DNA of 64,000 nt from contig NW_024704743.1 of NCBI RefSeq assembly GCF_018977255.1, forward strand, positions 12,836,001-12,900,000, given 5' to 3'. This document shows positions 38,760-53,370 of this stretch, in pieces (position 1 is the stretch's first letter; every line of letters starts with the position of its first letter). The position numbers and the translations under genes were made by a program. The notes beneath the pieces are model-generated. The model saw only the letters and a program-made list of their open reading frames with translations. It was not told where the DNA came from and ran no database searches. Source of the DNA: Callorhinchus milii. Lineage: Eukaryota.

Positions 38760-40265
38760 AAATATATATTTATTTACAAATATAATATTTAGTACAACAG
38801 AAATCCAAAAGAAACACTACATCTTTTGTTACAATTTTTTTCTTTTCTCCCAATACAAAAAACATTCTGTTGTTTACGGTACATTCCTTCTCTGCACATA
38901 GGTTGTGGACACGTTTTTGGGACCTTCCCTTTAGCACAGTCGGGAGTTGCCCCTGTGTACGCCACATCCATGTGTGGGTCCGCGCACACTCTGATAAGGC
39001 GCGCTTACCACTTTCGGAAGGCGCCCTGATGTGCACCGTACGTGCACATGTTTACCGTACATACATTTTTGGGACGCTCTTTGGTTACATCTCAAGCATC
39101 CTTCTATATCCTTACTTCAGTCGGATTTGGGTGCGCTCGTGGGCTACCTAGTGGGAGCGCCCTGAGTGGGTTGTGCAGAGCGGCTCCTGCCAGGGTCAGG
39201 CCCCATTTGCGTTTGCCATGATTGAGCCAAACTTCAGCTTGTCCCTCAATATATAGTCCCTGATCCTAGCGTGCACAAGCCTGAGGCAGGCCCTCACCTT
39301 CCCCTCGTTCTGCCACAAAACACCTGGTTTTGGCAGCCAAAGGGCCTCCTTTACCAAGTTTATGATCCTCCAGGTGCATTTGATATGGGTTTCGCTGTGA
39401 GGGCCCGGGAACAGGCAGTACAGCACCGAGTGCTGTGAAAGCGGGTCCCCAGGGACGAACCGCAAGAGAATCCATTCCATCTCTTTCCAAACCAACTTTG
39501 CGAAACAGCACTCCAGGAAGAGGTGGTCCATGGTCTCCTGGCCTCTGCAGCCGGCCCAAGGGCAACGTGCTGACTGGCCCAGACCTCGCCTGTGCATGAA
39601 AAACCTGAGGGGAAAGGCCCCTTTTATCACCAGCCAGGCCATGTCCTGATAGTTCTTGGTCAGGCCTGGTGACGAGGCGTTTTTCCAGACGTCTGGCAAA
39701 CTCCTGTTACCTGCAGGGTAACTCCTGATCAGGTCTGCCCTCTCCCCCTTTTGAACGTTTTCGACTACCTGCCTCGTGGACCATTCAGTGATTGCGCGGG
39801 GATCTGGGATGGTGTTCTTCAGAAATTTCTCAATTGTGTGGAACGTTTCGAGGCAGTTCTGCCAGACCCACCCTTCTTACCATTGGTTACAGGTAGAAAC
39901 CCAGCACGTAGCGGCATTTGTTGCCCACATAGCGGGGCTTCAGGCACAGCCTCAGGCATCTACACACAAAGGATCAGGGCTATGTTAGGGACCCCTTTCC
40001 CCTCCCTTTTCCGGGATTTTGTGTATCGTGTCTCTGTGGACACAATCCATCTTGGACCCCCACATCAATTGGAAGACCTCTCTGATGACTGCAGTGGCAT
40101 TTTTCCTGACAATGCCACGGCAGTCACCAGAAAGGCCAGACCTGGGCCACGTACAGTAACACTGAGAGGGCCTCACACTTTATCACCAGATTTTTCCCGG
40201 TGACAGCAAGCGCTGGCGCCACATCTCCAGTTTCTTTCCGTTTTGTCCACCAGATAGCAGAGGTG
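38760..40265 (-). mobile_element. Tx1-type LINE 3' portion (ORF2 C-terminal zinc-binding region and 3' UTR)
   Basis: ORF 39196-39699 CPWAGCRGQETMDHLFLECCFAKLVW (CCHC, zf-RVT-like); upstream VFQLMWGSKMDCVHR; A-rich tail. Confidence 0.88.
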
Positions 40266-42335
40266 ATCCACTAATCTATTCATAGCAAGAGCACAGGTTC
40301 TGCTTTTGAAAGTGACTAAATTATTCCACTCCCTCCTATGCAGTGCTTTACGAGCGATTCTTTTGATTAGATGAATTGCCTCCGCTCCCAGGTAACTGAC
40401 CCTGTCACTGTTGTTTAAACTGGCCATATTAAATATGTGTAATGTGGCACATGCTACCTGACACTAACCAACCACAGAACCTTTACATCCCAGATAGATA
40501 TCACCCACATGGCTTGGCTGGGTAGCTATAATGAACCCCTGCTGGTACTGTACTTACATAATTTCGCCCACAAATATACAGTCAATTCACTTCACAGTAT
40601 ATTCTGTGAAGCGCTTTGAGACGTCTAGAAGACGTGAAAAGTGCTATAACAAATGCAAGGATTATTATTGTTATAAACATGTACACATACAGAAGAGACA
40701 CACACAGACGCACTCACAAACACATACATACAGAGGAGGGAGAGAAACAGACACGAGAGGCCTGGGGCCAGAAATCACATTGTATCGCGGGTTTGTAGCG
40801 GCTCCTGCGAAAAAATTGTGGTCGTACTTTTCCATTGGTTCAGCTCATCGCCAATTTTTTAACAGCATATTTAATGTCAACAGTACTGGTGCATTACTTT
40901 GGGTCCTTTTTTAATAAATATGAATATTTATATAACACCTTGGAATGTCCTCCTTTCAAAAGAAAAATAATAAAAATTTGATCACTCAATCCACAACTGT
41001 TTGTGGGACACCGCTGTGCGCAATTGGCTGTCGCATTCCGCCCACAAAATGTACAGGCAATTCACTTTACTGTATATTTTGTGAAGTGCTTTGAGGCGGC
41101 TCAATGACATGATAAGGTGTTCTATCAAATGCAAGGATTATTATTATGATTATTGTTATTATAATCTTTGAAGATGCGAAATGAAAGATTGATTGAATTT
41201 GTGAGAATGAAATTCAGTCTAACTCATTTCCTTCTGCCGGAACAATACAGAAAAAGAAGAATATAAAAACTTTGATATCGGCTACATTATAATTCTTCCC
41301 CAAGAATTTTCTATATTTATGTTTTTTTTCTGAGTGTGAGGTTGAATTCTACAGACAAGTGCTCTTATCGTTACTGGGTTTGTGTTTTTGCCAGAAGTTA
41401 TATCAGCTTTTTAACTTGGTATGATTAAATAAAGCAATGTACTGTCCTTATCACCTCAGTGGTAAAACATTTTTCAAAGTGAACGTGAATTGAAATCCAT
41501 CAAGAATTTTGTGGGTTTGATTCTTTTTCCAGTTGCAACCACTTGTTGATAAGTTCCTGTGTCCATTTGGTTAATGTGGTTTTGGGCTGCAGATTGCCAA
41601 TGCCTTTTCTCCTTAGAATTGACCAAACATTCATGATGGATGGGCACCAATCGCATTGTTCTAGTCCTAATGTCAAATAAATCATGCTGACCATTTCACA
41701 TTCAATTCACATTCAGTTCCCTGAAATTTCAAACTTGCAAATTTGGTAATACCCTTTCTACTGAGTCCTCTTTGTTTCTAAACAGATCGTCGTGAAATGG
41801 GGAGTGTGATCAAGCCTGGCAGTACCTCCACTCACCGATCTCTGGTTATGCCCACTGGAGCCATGTAAATATTATCAGTCTGGGTATAAAAGTCCAGTTA
41901 TCTAGAAGTACAACAACAGGTATGTGTGTGGTGATGTTTTGGAATTGGTCCTGCCAATGGACTGGGTGTAGTGTTTGAAACTTATCTGCGCATAAAACAG
42001 AATGTTGAGGTTGGTCTCCCCCTGTCCAACTGGGGAGGTTAACAAAATCAAAATCAGAGCTATGTAGGTGCTATATTGTTCAGCTCTTTTTCTCTGATTG
42101 GGCCAGATCCTGTTAATTATCAGAAAAATGGCTGCCTCCAAACCAGGAAAATAATGAGGAATCAACTTTGGCTACCTTGCTACAGCCTTAGATGCACACC
42201 CAGAATAGAGGATAAACCTGAGGAGCAGAGGAGTCCATCTGAGGGTGACTGAAAAAACTAGAGGAGAAAAGGATATGTAGGCAAAGGCAAGAGTGGCTGG
42301 AGGGCAGTAATAGAGAAAGAGGTGAGGATGGGACA

Positions 42336-42627
42336 AATAATAATAATCCCTGCATCTGATATAGCGCCTTATCACATCTTTGAGACGTCTCAAAGTGCTT
42401 CAAGGAATTATTATCCCCAAATCCACCAATTGACTATTTTTGAAGCGATTACTACTCCTGGAAAAGCGATCCGCCAATCGACTAGCAACCTAGTTCCTAC
42501 TTACTGCTAGGTAAACAGAGGCGGTGGAGTAAGGAAACGTAACTAAGGTTTTGCCCTCCCAGGGAATCAAACCTGGATCCCTCTTGCTTGCGGGACAAGT
42601 GCTCTAACTAATACGCTACTGGATCCA
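42336..42627 (-). mobile_element. tRNA-derived SINE, older subfamily, internally deleted
   Basis: cctacttactgctaggtaaacagagg...gtgctctaac. Confidence 0.8.
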
Positions 42628-45600
42628 CGTAGACCTGCTGGGAATAAGAGCAGGAATAACTGAAGGCTAATAACTGGCAAATATAGTGAAAAGTGTAAGG
42701 GGGAAATGCAAAATCTCTGGATTTCAGCAACAAGATTGGGGGAGGGTGGAGTAGAGTGTAGCAATGGAAAATCTTGGTAATAGTTCTGCCCTGTTTCCTG
42801 GACCCATTGCAGCTCTGCTGTTTCCCCAACTTTAGGGGAGTGTTTTTTAATTGCAGAAGGTGGTAGACCTAGATCATGTCTTAATTTACCATGGCAATCT
42901 GCTTGAGTATAAATAAGGCAGATGTCGTCAAGGTTGGTTTCCATTGTTTGATTCTGAACTCCATTTTGTACGTTCACCTTCAGTAAACTATGACGTCAGC
43001 ATCAATATTGATCTGTAAAGGAGATTGTTGGGATGGCAGATGTGAATAATGTAAAATTAATTCCATTTGGAGTCTAATACTATAGTGGCAGCTTACATTG
43101 GAATATTACAGCAACAATTTGAATTCCCTGCAGGTGATAACTGCAGTCTACTATTCATACAATGAGGAGTATCTAAACGCTTTCATTCTCTAAAATTGAA
43201 TTATCACCCTCACAGTACATATCTCAACAAACAACAGACTGCTAAACTTAATCTTTCTACTTTATTTTTTAAAGATAGTGAACTTAGGTAGGGTAGTTTC
43301 AATTCCAGTTGAGTGAAATGGTACTGAAAATCATATGGGTAACTTAGATATCAATCACGTGCATGCACATCAGCTGAATGGAACAGTTTGCAGAATTATT
43401 CCTGGCTAGCAGTATCTTTATGTCGAGAACCAGCTCTTTGTCCCCCTGACACACAGCCTCTCCCACTGACTTGGGTATGCTGCAGGCAGAACAGATCAAT
43501 TGTTTTGTAGACCAATTCCCTGCTTCTCGTTGCATAAACTGTATGTCAGCCAATCTCCCCTGCTAACTTTGGCCCAGACTGGCTGACATTTGGCTGGCAC
43601 CTGCAATATTGTGGGATTTAATGACTAACTTTTGTGTAGTAAACCTGCCGTTTAGATTTCAAAGGGGGATAACTGTTATTACTTTTATTGCTATATCAAT
43701 AACAATAAATGTATTGAACCCTGGAGTTTATTTCTTCCACAATGTGGTTTAGGAACTGTGAATTATTTTTTCTACATATCTGCTACGTAAAGCTTCATGG
43801 ATGAGATTACTTTCTTAGCAAAGAATCATGGAAACTGAGGCACAGAAAGAGGTCATTCTTGCCTATCTGCAAATTTCTCCACAAGAACTATACACTCAAA
43901 TCCCAAATCCTTATGTCCTTTTCCGGTACCTTTTTATTATCGTGGTGACCTGTAGTATATTGGTTAGAGCATTCACCTCACAAACAAGGCTTGATTCCCA
44001 GCAGAGTGAAATGTTAGGCAAGTTTCTTTACTCCATAAGCCTCTGCTTATTTAGCGGTAAGTAGGAGTTAGCAGTAATCAGGTTGATAGTCTATCGCTTT
44101 TCTAGGGGTAATAATAGTGTTTTAATTAATAATAATAATTTGGTCACTCAATCCACAACTGTTTGTGGGATACTGCTGTGCACAATTGGCTGCCACGTGA
44201 TACGGTTCTATATCAAATGCTAGGATTATTATTATTATTATTATTCCTCTAAGCACTAAGTTTCACATGACCATCACCCCTGTCCATGCCAGACTCCACT
44301 GACTCTCTAGCTCCCAGCGGATCAAATTCAAGTTCCTCACTTTCACCTACAAATCCCAACATGCCTTCAACCTTCTCTACCAGTGTAATCTTTACCAGCC
44401 TCAATATCCTGCCTGCTCCTTCTCTTAACAAAACCGGACCTGCTGTATGTTCTTTGTCCCCTCTGTCCTACCAATAATGTCTGAGCCTTCAGTCACTATA
44501 ACCTACCCTCTGGAACTCTCACTCTAAATCCCTTTACCCTGTTTCTATTTGTATTAAACGTCTCTGGAAAACATACCCCTTTGAAAGTCCCTGCTGTCCC
44601 ATCCCCAATCCACCTGCTCAAGAGTCTGGCACTGACTCTGACAATCACTTTGCGATGATACCGTATGTGAAGGGAGCTATATAAATGGAAATATTTATCC
44701 AATTGCATCTTAAATAATGTTATTATAGGACATTTGCATGCACAATTACCACTTGTGGCAAGCATTTCATGCTCTAATAACCCGCTGTGTGAAAGCAAAC
44801 TTCGAGTCTAATTCTTCCAGTAATAATCCTGTCTTTATGTCCCCTTATTATAGAGTCACCAGTCAGTGGGAATAATCATTTGTTATTTATCCTCTCAAAG
44901 CTTTTTTCACAATTGTGAAAATCTCTCAACATTCCCTGTTTCGGTGGAAACCTCAATCTGTTAGGCCTATTCAACAACAATTTTCATTTATATCATGCCT
45001 TTCAGGTCGAGAGGAATTCTCAAAGTGCTTCACACATTTGACAGGGAGTCTGAGTTGGGGGGCAGCTGAGGAAGTAGTGGGGGCAGGGGAAGGTGGACAA
45101 GTGTGAAAGATGTATCTTATTCCCATAGCAACAGCCCCTCATTGCAAAAGTCAGTCATGAAACGAACATATAGCTGAAGAGTGCCATTTGTCCCATTTGA
45201 TCTCATTCTTTCAGAATACCACCTCTGCTTCTTCGTAATGTAACATCAAACTGTCTCTTAAACGAGTTCTAGCTTCTGATAACCCATTCCAGGGTTGGTT
45301 ATCCTCTGCGTAGCTCAGTTAAGCGCTTTGGGACGTCCTCCCGACGTGAAAAGCGCTATATCAAATGCAAGGATTATTATTATTAAGTACACGTTAATTA
45401 ACACAATACTCCTACCAGCAAGGAGAAGCCTAGCGTTAGGTCAGCATACCAGGAAATGTTTGTCAATGTTCTGCTTGCTCCTTTGCTGAATAAGCAGCCC
45501 ATTTTATTGAACAATATTATTTATGCTGCTTGTCAATAGCATAAACAATGGCTTGTAAACACTTTCCATCAATTAGTTAACAAAATGACAACTTCGGGGC

Positions 45601-46619
45601 ATGAAATGTACCTAAGAACCACAATTGTCGGTGCACCTTATGTGCTAAAGCATAAAATATGCACTGACGCACAGAGCTGCTGGAGAATGCACTATACTAG
45701 GAACAATGGTGCATGTCATTCCAACATTCAATGGAATAACATCAAATCCATTAACTTTGCAGGTCAGAAAATATTGATTATTTGCAGAAGGTGGCAGAGT
45801 GAAAGCACTTAAACGGTGCAGTTTTTTTACAATACATTACTTGATGATGGTAGTTCAATCAGAACTTCTTGTTTGCTAAATGCTGACTTTATTAATGGCT
45901 ACATATCTGTGGCTTTCCAGTTATTTCAAGTATGTAACATGGTGCTCTCAGGGAGGAATGATTTCTCATGTTGTGGCAGGTTGAGTAACTTTATAGCCCT
46001 CCCAGACTGAATATGATGACTTAGGTAGATACAATGCTATTCAGTGCGTGAGACTGTTCTCTAGCTATTCATCAGTCAGGAAAATAGCCCTCACTTGAGC
46101 TGATATCCTACCCCCATGCTTACAAAGATTACAATATTATGACACAAGCCTCTGGCATGATAGTGATGACAAGCATTGGTAAGGTTCTATTACTGCCAGC
46201 TCTTCAGTCCTGCATTAATTTATCTATTCAATTAGCTATTTCTGTCTTACTTGTGGTAGTTAAAGGGCTTCTAAGGTTTGACAATGCTTGCTGCAGTCCA
46301 ACAGTGGAGAGAGTTAGCTACACTCGAGTGCTTCACAAGAAAAAGTACGTATCACTTAATAATAATAATCATTGGATTTGATATAGCTCCTTTTCATGTC
46401 TTCTAGACGTCTCAAAGCTCTTCACAGAATATACTGTAAAGTGAATTGACTATGTTTTGTGGGCAAAACGCCAATTGCGCACAGCAGTGACCCACAAGCA
46501 GTTGTGGATTAATTGACCAGTTTATTATTATTATGTTTTTAAGAAATTATTACCCCAATCTCACTTAAGGTTGGGATAGCTATGCGTGTGCTAATGATCA
46601 ACTCCAGATTAGATAATAA

Positions 46620-47640
46620 ATTGTGATTCCTCTTAAGGGGAGGTAAGCAGGGTTTCTTGGAGATGAATTGGCTCCAAGGTGACACACTTGGCAACGGAAT
46701 GTCGGAATCGAGTCAACTCTCTGTGGCGGTCTCGGTAGTTGGGTTTCTGAGCGAGGCAGGTCCTCAGTACTCCCAACCACTGCTGATGACAGCATACTGG
46801 CTTGGCTCATTGCAGGGGCGGTGGGGGAGAAGGGTGGCAAATAGATCACTTGGAGCAGGGATTCTTCCACTCAGTTCTTATTGACCCTGCAAGCCAAAGC
46901 CCTAATTGGTAGCAGTGGGAAAATTTAAGACAGTGCTCTGGATGGCAAGCTATGCAGTTTCAGTTGATTCAACTCCAGCTGTACCATTGTGGAGTCCTGT
47001 AGCTTTGTGGTTAGAGCACTCACCTCGCAAGCGAGAGGATCTAGGTTTTATTCCTGGCTAGGAATAAAACAATGGGCAAGTTTCCTTACTCTACAGACCT
47101 GGGTTTTATTCCTGGTAAGGAGTGAAACATTGAGCAAGTTTCCTTACTCTACAGCCCTCTCTTTACCTAGCAGTAAGTAGGAACCCGGTTGTTAGTCGAT
47201 TGGCGGATTGCTTTTCCAAGGGAAATAATCTCTTCAAAAAAAAATAATAATTTTGACGCTCAATCCGTGACTGTTTATGGGAGACTGCTGTGTGTAATTG
47301 GCTGCTGTGTTTAACCCACAACATATATAGCCAATTCACTTTACAGTATGAAACGCTTTGAGATAACTCGAAGACTTGATAAGGCACTATATCAAATGCA
47401 AGGATTATTATTATTACTATTATTATAATAATACATGCTAGAGTGCTCATGTTTTGGCTCTTGTCAGGCTGTATCCAATACTTTCTGGAATTAGGTAAAC
47501 AGAATGTGGCCCTCCAGAGAGATATTGTGCATTCCATTGCAATAAACATCTCCGGAATCTCCATGTATAGGTGGGATGCACGGTACTCTCAATTTAGTTT
47601 GAATACCCAAACATTGTGATGGGTTTCCACATGTGTCCAA
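46620..47640 (+). repeat. Unclassified repeat copy split by a SINE
   Basis: ggaggtaag...ccaaggtgacacacttggcaacggaatg matches 38001-38062; homology resumes at about 47460. Confidence 0.65.
46989..47425 (+). mobile_element. tRNA-derived SINE with internal tandem duplication of about 57 bp
   Basis: ggttttattcctgg...gcaagtttccttactctacag occurs twice (about 47040-47153). Confidence 0.85.
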
Positions 47641-47759
47641 AAGTAATAACAATCAATTGCTCAGTGTGGTATCTAACATGGAATCCAAAGTTTCAAATTT
47701 GGTATCCTGCCAAATATTTCATTATTTGTGTTGGCAGAACATGTCCAGTGTTTACCATT

Positions 47760-48150
47760 GGTTTGGTTGTATCAGCTGGTAGCACTATTGCCTCTGGATC
47801 AGAAAGTTGTGCATTCTAAACTACATGTCAGGACTTGAGTTCATAGTGTAAGCAGGCAGTTGGGTTCAGTATAGGGAGAATGCTACATTCTCAGAGATAC
47901 TGCCCATTGGGTGTTAAATTGAGGTCCCATCTACCTGTTTCTGTACAACTTAAAAATCACGTGATTCAAAAAGTGAAGGGAATTTTTCTTGCTATCCTGG
48001 CCAACAATCCTCCAGATTAATTCATTATTCACTTCATTGCTCTTTTGCGGGACCTCTGTGTTGCAAAATGACTGCCACATTTGTACACTTCACAGTATAC
48101 TGTAATGTACTTTGAGACATTTTGACATGATAAGGGGCTACGGAAATGCA
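47760..48150 (+). mobile_element. Deu-domain SINE, degraded
   Basis: gttaaattgaggtcccatct...atcctggccaacaatcc. Confidence 0.65.
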
Positions 48151-50925
48151 GTTTTTCTTTCTTTAAATGCCTGTGGCCTCAGGATACTGGTTGTACTTGA
48201 GAAAAATTCCTATGTCAAAATTTGCCTTGATGGTAAAGACTGAGTGCAACGAGATGAGGATATTGAATGTTCAGACAAGAAAAGTGACACCTACAAGGGT
48301 TATTATAAAGGTATATTGTATAGAGATTGGTCACTCTGGAAGGATGAGAGCAACTGCTTTCAATGGCAATGGTTAAATTGAGGCATTTCTGCCACAAAAT
48401 ACACAGTCATTTCACTTTACGGTATATCCTGTGAAGCACTTTGAGACATGATAAGGTGCTATACCAAATACAAGGATTATTATTAAGTGGGGGAAAGATA
48501 GCCTTTTTGTCAGAACCAATCTTACAAACCTGTGAGTTAAACTATATGAAGTACTCAAATTACAAATCGATTGTGATCAGAAAACAATGATGATATGAAA
48601 GGGGCAATCCAAAGCATGTAAGTTAAGAACACAAGGCTTTTAAGACCAGCGATCATTAATAATAATAATAATATAATAATAATATAATAACAATAATAAT
48701 TAAGGATCATTAATACATTTGTGCTGCTTTATAATGTGTTTCATATGATAATTACCAAATTGAATAATGTAAATTTCACAAGCTCTGCAGTATTGAAGAT
48801 TTGAAACTTGTCCAAACCCAAATTTTCAACCCTCTTTGTGATCATCTCTATCAAATCCCTCTCAGTTTAAGAGAGATAAGTACCAGTGCAGCACTCTTTA
48901 CCACATTGCTCTGCAAAAGCGTCTCAGGATGTAAAGTACATCTCCTCGAGCGAACCTCATTGTATGTCACACTGACCTTTAAAACTTCAAGCACTGGCAC
49001 AAGATCTCATCGGATCAGAAGTCTCGCAAGTTGCTGTGATGTATAGGAGATTTCTCGGAAGAGGTTCACTTCATTCTCAGAGCTACTTTTTCCAGCATTA
49101 GGCACTATTCATGCTGTTATTTTCCACATTCACTATTTGTGCAGATATGTCATGGTATTGGTAGGAGGATCAGTGGAATGTTTAGAAATGAGGATAACAT
49201 GCAAGAATTATTTCAGCAGTTTCTATGTTGGGTGAATGAAAATGGCTGAACCATATGACCTGTATCCATTGTAGTAAAGCATTCCAGTAGTTCAGGCTGA
49301 CGTTGCCAATTACAGGAGGGAGGAGATTGACCCAAAATGTTTTCTAGTCCCAGTACTGACTAAATCTATCAAATATGAATAATTTGGTAACAGCTTGTGA
49401 GGTCTGTCTGCTGTCAGTTGTAAAAGAACAGTATCTAATGTTAGACGCACAATTACAGTATAGGTGTAAATGTATAGACATTTTAAAAAAAGCGAAGTAA
49501 ATAAGCAGGATAAAATTTGGCAATTGCTACATTAAACAAGCCTATTGAGGGAGGATGAACTTAAATACTCTGAACAGGTCAATAAAAAAGTTTCTTTTTT
49601 CTTACAGAACTTTATGATTTTTGAGAAGTTTAAAACCTGTAGCATTCTCTGAAACAGTTTTGAAGCTGGTTTTCTGTAAAGTAAGAACTACCGAAAACCA
49701 ACTTCAAAGTTTAAACTGAATTCAACAATTTGCCAAATTCTGGACACTTAAAATACTCCATAAATAGAGTAAATCTAAACCCAGATGGAATTTCTCCGAT
49801 TTGCTGTGTCCAATTGGCTGCCGTGTTTCGCCCACAAAATACAGTCACTCCACTTTAAAATATATTCTGTGAAGCGCGTTGAGACATCTCAATGACATGA
49901 TGAGGCACTATATCAAATGCAAGGATTATAATTGTTATTTGTTTGCCCACCGAAATTTCAATCCCTATTGCTTGTAAGATAAATATGTATAGATTTCATA
50001 AAATCTGTAGATTTCGCAATCTGTATTACCATAGGTGAAACAAATGAATAGATGTGTGACATCACACCTGTGCAAGTCTTTACATTTTTAAGTGCTGGAA
50101 GGAATTTTGAAGTGACCACAGGATAAGAACAGTTAAAAAAAATTGAACAGTTAAAAAAAATTGAACCGCTTCCAGCAATTTGGAGATTAAATCAGTTTTA
50201 CACAATTCATTGTGATGACAGTTCCAACTTGCCTTTAACATGGGCAACTAAATGAAAACTGGTGTGGTTACCTTTTACAAAATACAGAGGTGCACTGGTT
50301 ATGTATCATGCATCACAGCTGGCACAGTCAGCATCACATTATTCATTCAGGGAGAATGGGATGAATTTTCTGTGCTAATGTATAGCCTTTGGGCATGTGT
50401 TTGTGTTTATATATTGGGGTGGGGATTGGTTTTGTGTAGTCAGTCAAATGACATCTAGAATTACAAGGTTAGATTTTCACTTGCAGACATTGCAAGTATC
50501 ACCCAATTTTCCAGTGAACTGAAGCTTCAGTCATCACTGATGTTAAATTAGACACAGAGGAGTGTAGGGTTATGCAAGACCAGAAATGAGCATTGTAATC
50601 AATATGCCTGACCCCAAAGTAAAATTTTAAAAATCCTATATTATTCTATATCCCTCAAATGATTCTTCGCCAAATAGTAAATTAATCCCTATAATCATTA
50701 CTCTCAGCGTAAAGTACTAGAATTGCCATCATCTGTTCACTTTCCCTCTTCTGAGGTTGAGTCAGTGTTCCTTTGGTCTAGATTTTTTTTTACGATGTAA
50801 TACATAACGGGGCCTTCACTTCAATAAAATAACAACAAATGGTAAATAATAGTTGAAAACTGAATTCCATTTTGTTTGCTGACAATTTTTTGATTTGCTG
50901 ATTTGGGATTTTCTAGTCAAGAATT

Positions 50926-51292
50926 GTGGAGTCCTGTAGCATAGTGGTTAGAGCACTCAACTCTCAAGTGAGAGGACCTGGGTTTGATTTTCGGGCATAG
51001 TGAAGTTAGACAAGTTTCCTTATTCCACACACCTCTGTTTACCTAGAAAAAGGTAGGAACTTGGTTGTCAGTTAATTGGCAAATCATTTTCCGGGGTAAT
51101 AATCCCTTTTTTAAAAAAAATTGGTCATTCAATCCCTAACTATTTGTGGGACACAGCTGTGTGCAATTGGCTGCCGTGTTTCACTCACAAAATATACAGT
51201 GAATTCGCTTTACAGTGTATTCTGCGAGGCACTGTGAGATACCTCAACAAGATGATAAGGTGCTGTATCAAATACAAGAATTATTATTATTA
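50926..51292 (+). mobile_element. tRNA-derived SINE, older subfamily
   Basis: gtggagtcctgtagcatagtggttagagcactc head; family tail. Confidence 0.85.
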
Positions 51293-52954
51293 ATATGGGC
51301 TGCTAGGTTCACCTCCAAAAATACACAGTCACGACATTTTACAATAAATCTTTGAGACATTTTGATGACATGATGAGTTGCTATATCAAGGCTCATTATT
51401 AATAATTACAATGCAATCTATTGTTTGGGCTCCACTGAACGATCATAGGATTCGCTAATATGAAATTGTTATACATTAGAAAGGAATTTGTCACATAAGA
51501 CTTACAAATGCACTGTACAGTGCATTCAGCCGCTTGTCAGCATTCAGCAAGTGCTGAGCATGTTTGTTCACACTACTCAGGGAAGAAGTAATTGGTAATT
51601 GAAGCGAGACTATTCTTGAGAAAGTTTAAAGTATGATGTTTAATAATGTATTTCATCTGAGGATGCCTAGCAACCAAGTGGTAAAGGCTACCCGAAGCTA
51701 ACAATGGAGATTTTCACAAAAGCCAGTGGTATTGCAGTAATGCATTGAGGGAAACTGCAGACAGTAATGTTGCATTAAACATACAGGGACTGTTGTGCTA
51801 TATGATATAACAGGGAACAAGAAATGTGTAATAAGGCAAGAATTTTCTATTATAAAATCCACCTCCAAGGGATTCATTATTTGTTTACTATTCAAAAAAT
51901 TCTCAAGATGCTCCAAATATTTGAATTCAAATGAACCATTGTACTGTGCTCAGCTATAATTACACCTGGTTCTGTTTTAAGCTGCAAGGCAATCATATTA
52001 AGTCTCAGCAAAAAGCTCCTGCTGGAAATTACTCAGGATTGCTTTGAGACCACTCACTCACAGTCAGAGAGAACAAAAAAATTAAAGTGTTTACATCTAC
52101 AAACAGCTGATATGAAATTACTCCTTCAAAATAATTCATGCTCTTAGAGTGGAAAATTAATGAGATGAAAACAGACCTTTTTTTNAACATGTGCCCAGGT
52201 CTGGGGTCATTACTGAGCACCTGTATTTGGTTTTGCAACAGTGGAATTTCAGCCATTAAACCAACTAGTCCAACCATCAGGCAAATAGAATACCCTCTTA
52301 ATTGCTATCATGGCCCCACTATTATTTTTCAATAACACTGAAGATAGCAATCTGAATCCTTGTCTTTAAAATAAAACTTTTTTTAATGTAACAAAATCTA
52401 ACACTGTATTTCGCACACCTTATCAGAATGCGACGGTGCTATTAATATTAGGACCAGGCTGAATTTCACCGCTCAGATTCCCGCTATACAGTAACTACTT
52501 TTGTTTTGCTTCATTCAACAAGCAAAAATAATAACTCTCTTATTCGTCATTTGTCATTCAGTCGAGTAATGATACACAGAGGATGTTTGAAGACCACATA
52601 ATGTGTATTATATCAAGGGACAGACCATGTAGGTTTGAAATAATCTACCAAACAACAAACACTTCTGACCTTTAAACAAATAAATATAAAATTATTTCAT
52701 TCAAATTGCAGTTTTACTACTGAATGATTGAATTACCATCATAAATTTTAGGACCAGCTTCAGCAAACCTATATCAACAAGAATAACTTGCAATTATATA
52801 GCAGCCTTCATATGTCCTTTACGCAGGACAGCTAATCAGTGCACACATATTCTTACATATGTACTGCTCTCTGGAAATCACTCATTATTATCTATGATTT
52901 TATAAAAAGCATTCTTCCACCATTACAGAACAATTCTTCAGATCTCTGTGAAGC

Positions 52955-53370
52955 ACCTCTCAGACCTGCTGACCCCCTATCAACCTGTCCGCTCTGAGAC
53001 GCCGTCCAGCGTGGAGGGCGCTATATAAATCCAAGTTGTTGTTGTTGTCTGCTCCCTCCATTCAGCAGCCTACTCCATGTCTCCTGCCCGACCCGCCCTA
53101 CCATTGGCGGTCGGGCTTTCAACCTCTCTGCTCCCATCCTTTGGAACTCCATCCCACAATCCCTTCGTCTCGCTCTCTCTTACCTCCTTCAAGGCATGAC
53201 TCAAGACCCTCCTTTTCAACTGTGACTTCAGCCATCCTCCTACCTCTCTGCCCTCCCTCATCCCAACCCTGCCCCCACCACGCTCGGGTCCTGAGCCTCG
53301 ATTGTTCAGTGCCTTAAAACATCCTCCTGACATGAAAAGCACTTTACAAAATGAAATTTTGTTGTTGTTT
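52955..53370 (+). mobile_element. L2 3' fragment containing a short second-subfamily L2 tail insertion
   Basis: ggcggtcgggctttc...tggaactccatcc; inserted tail of about 55 bp flanked by tgtccgctc / tgtctgctc. Confidence 0.8.

Noticed and set aside
48654..48715. (AAT)n tract with flanking gatcattaata repeat
   Set aside because: Simple microsatellite or tail-only retro-insertion.
48902..48976. Possible 75-nt minus-strand exon (VSVTYNEVRSRR...)
   Set aside because: Weak donor (gtaaag) and unrecognised peptide; insufficient support.
50127..50166. 18-bp tandem duplication (gaacagttaaaaaaaatt)
   Set aside because: Ordinary slippage duplication.
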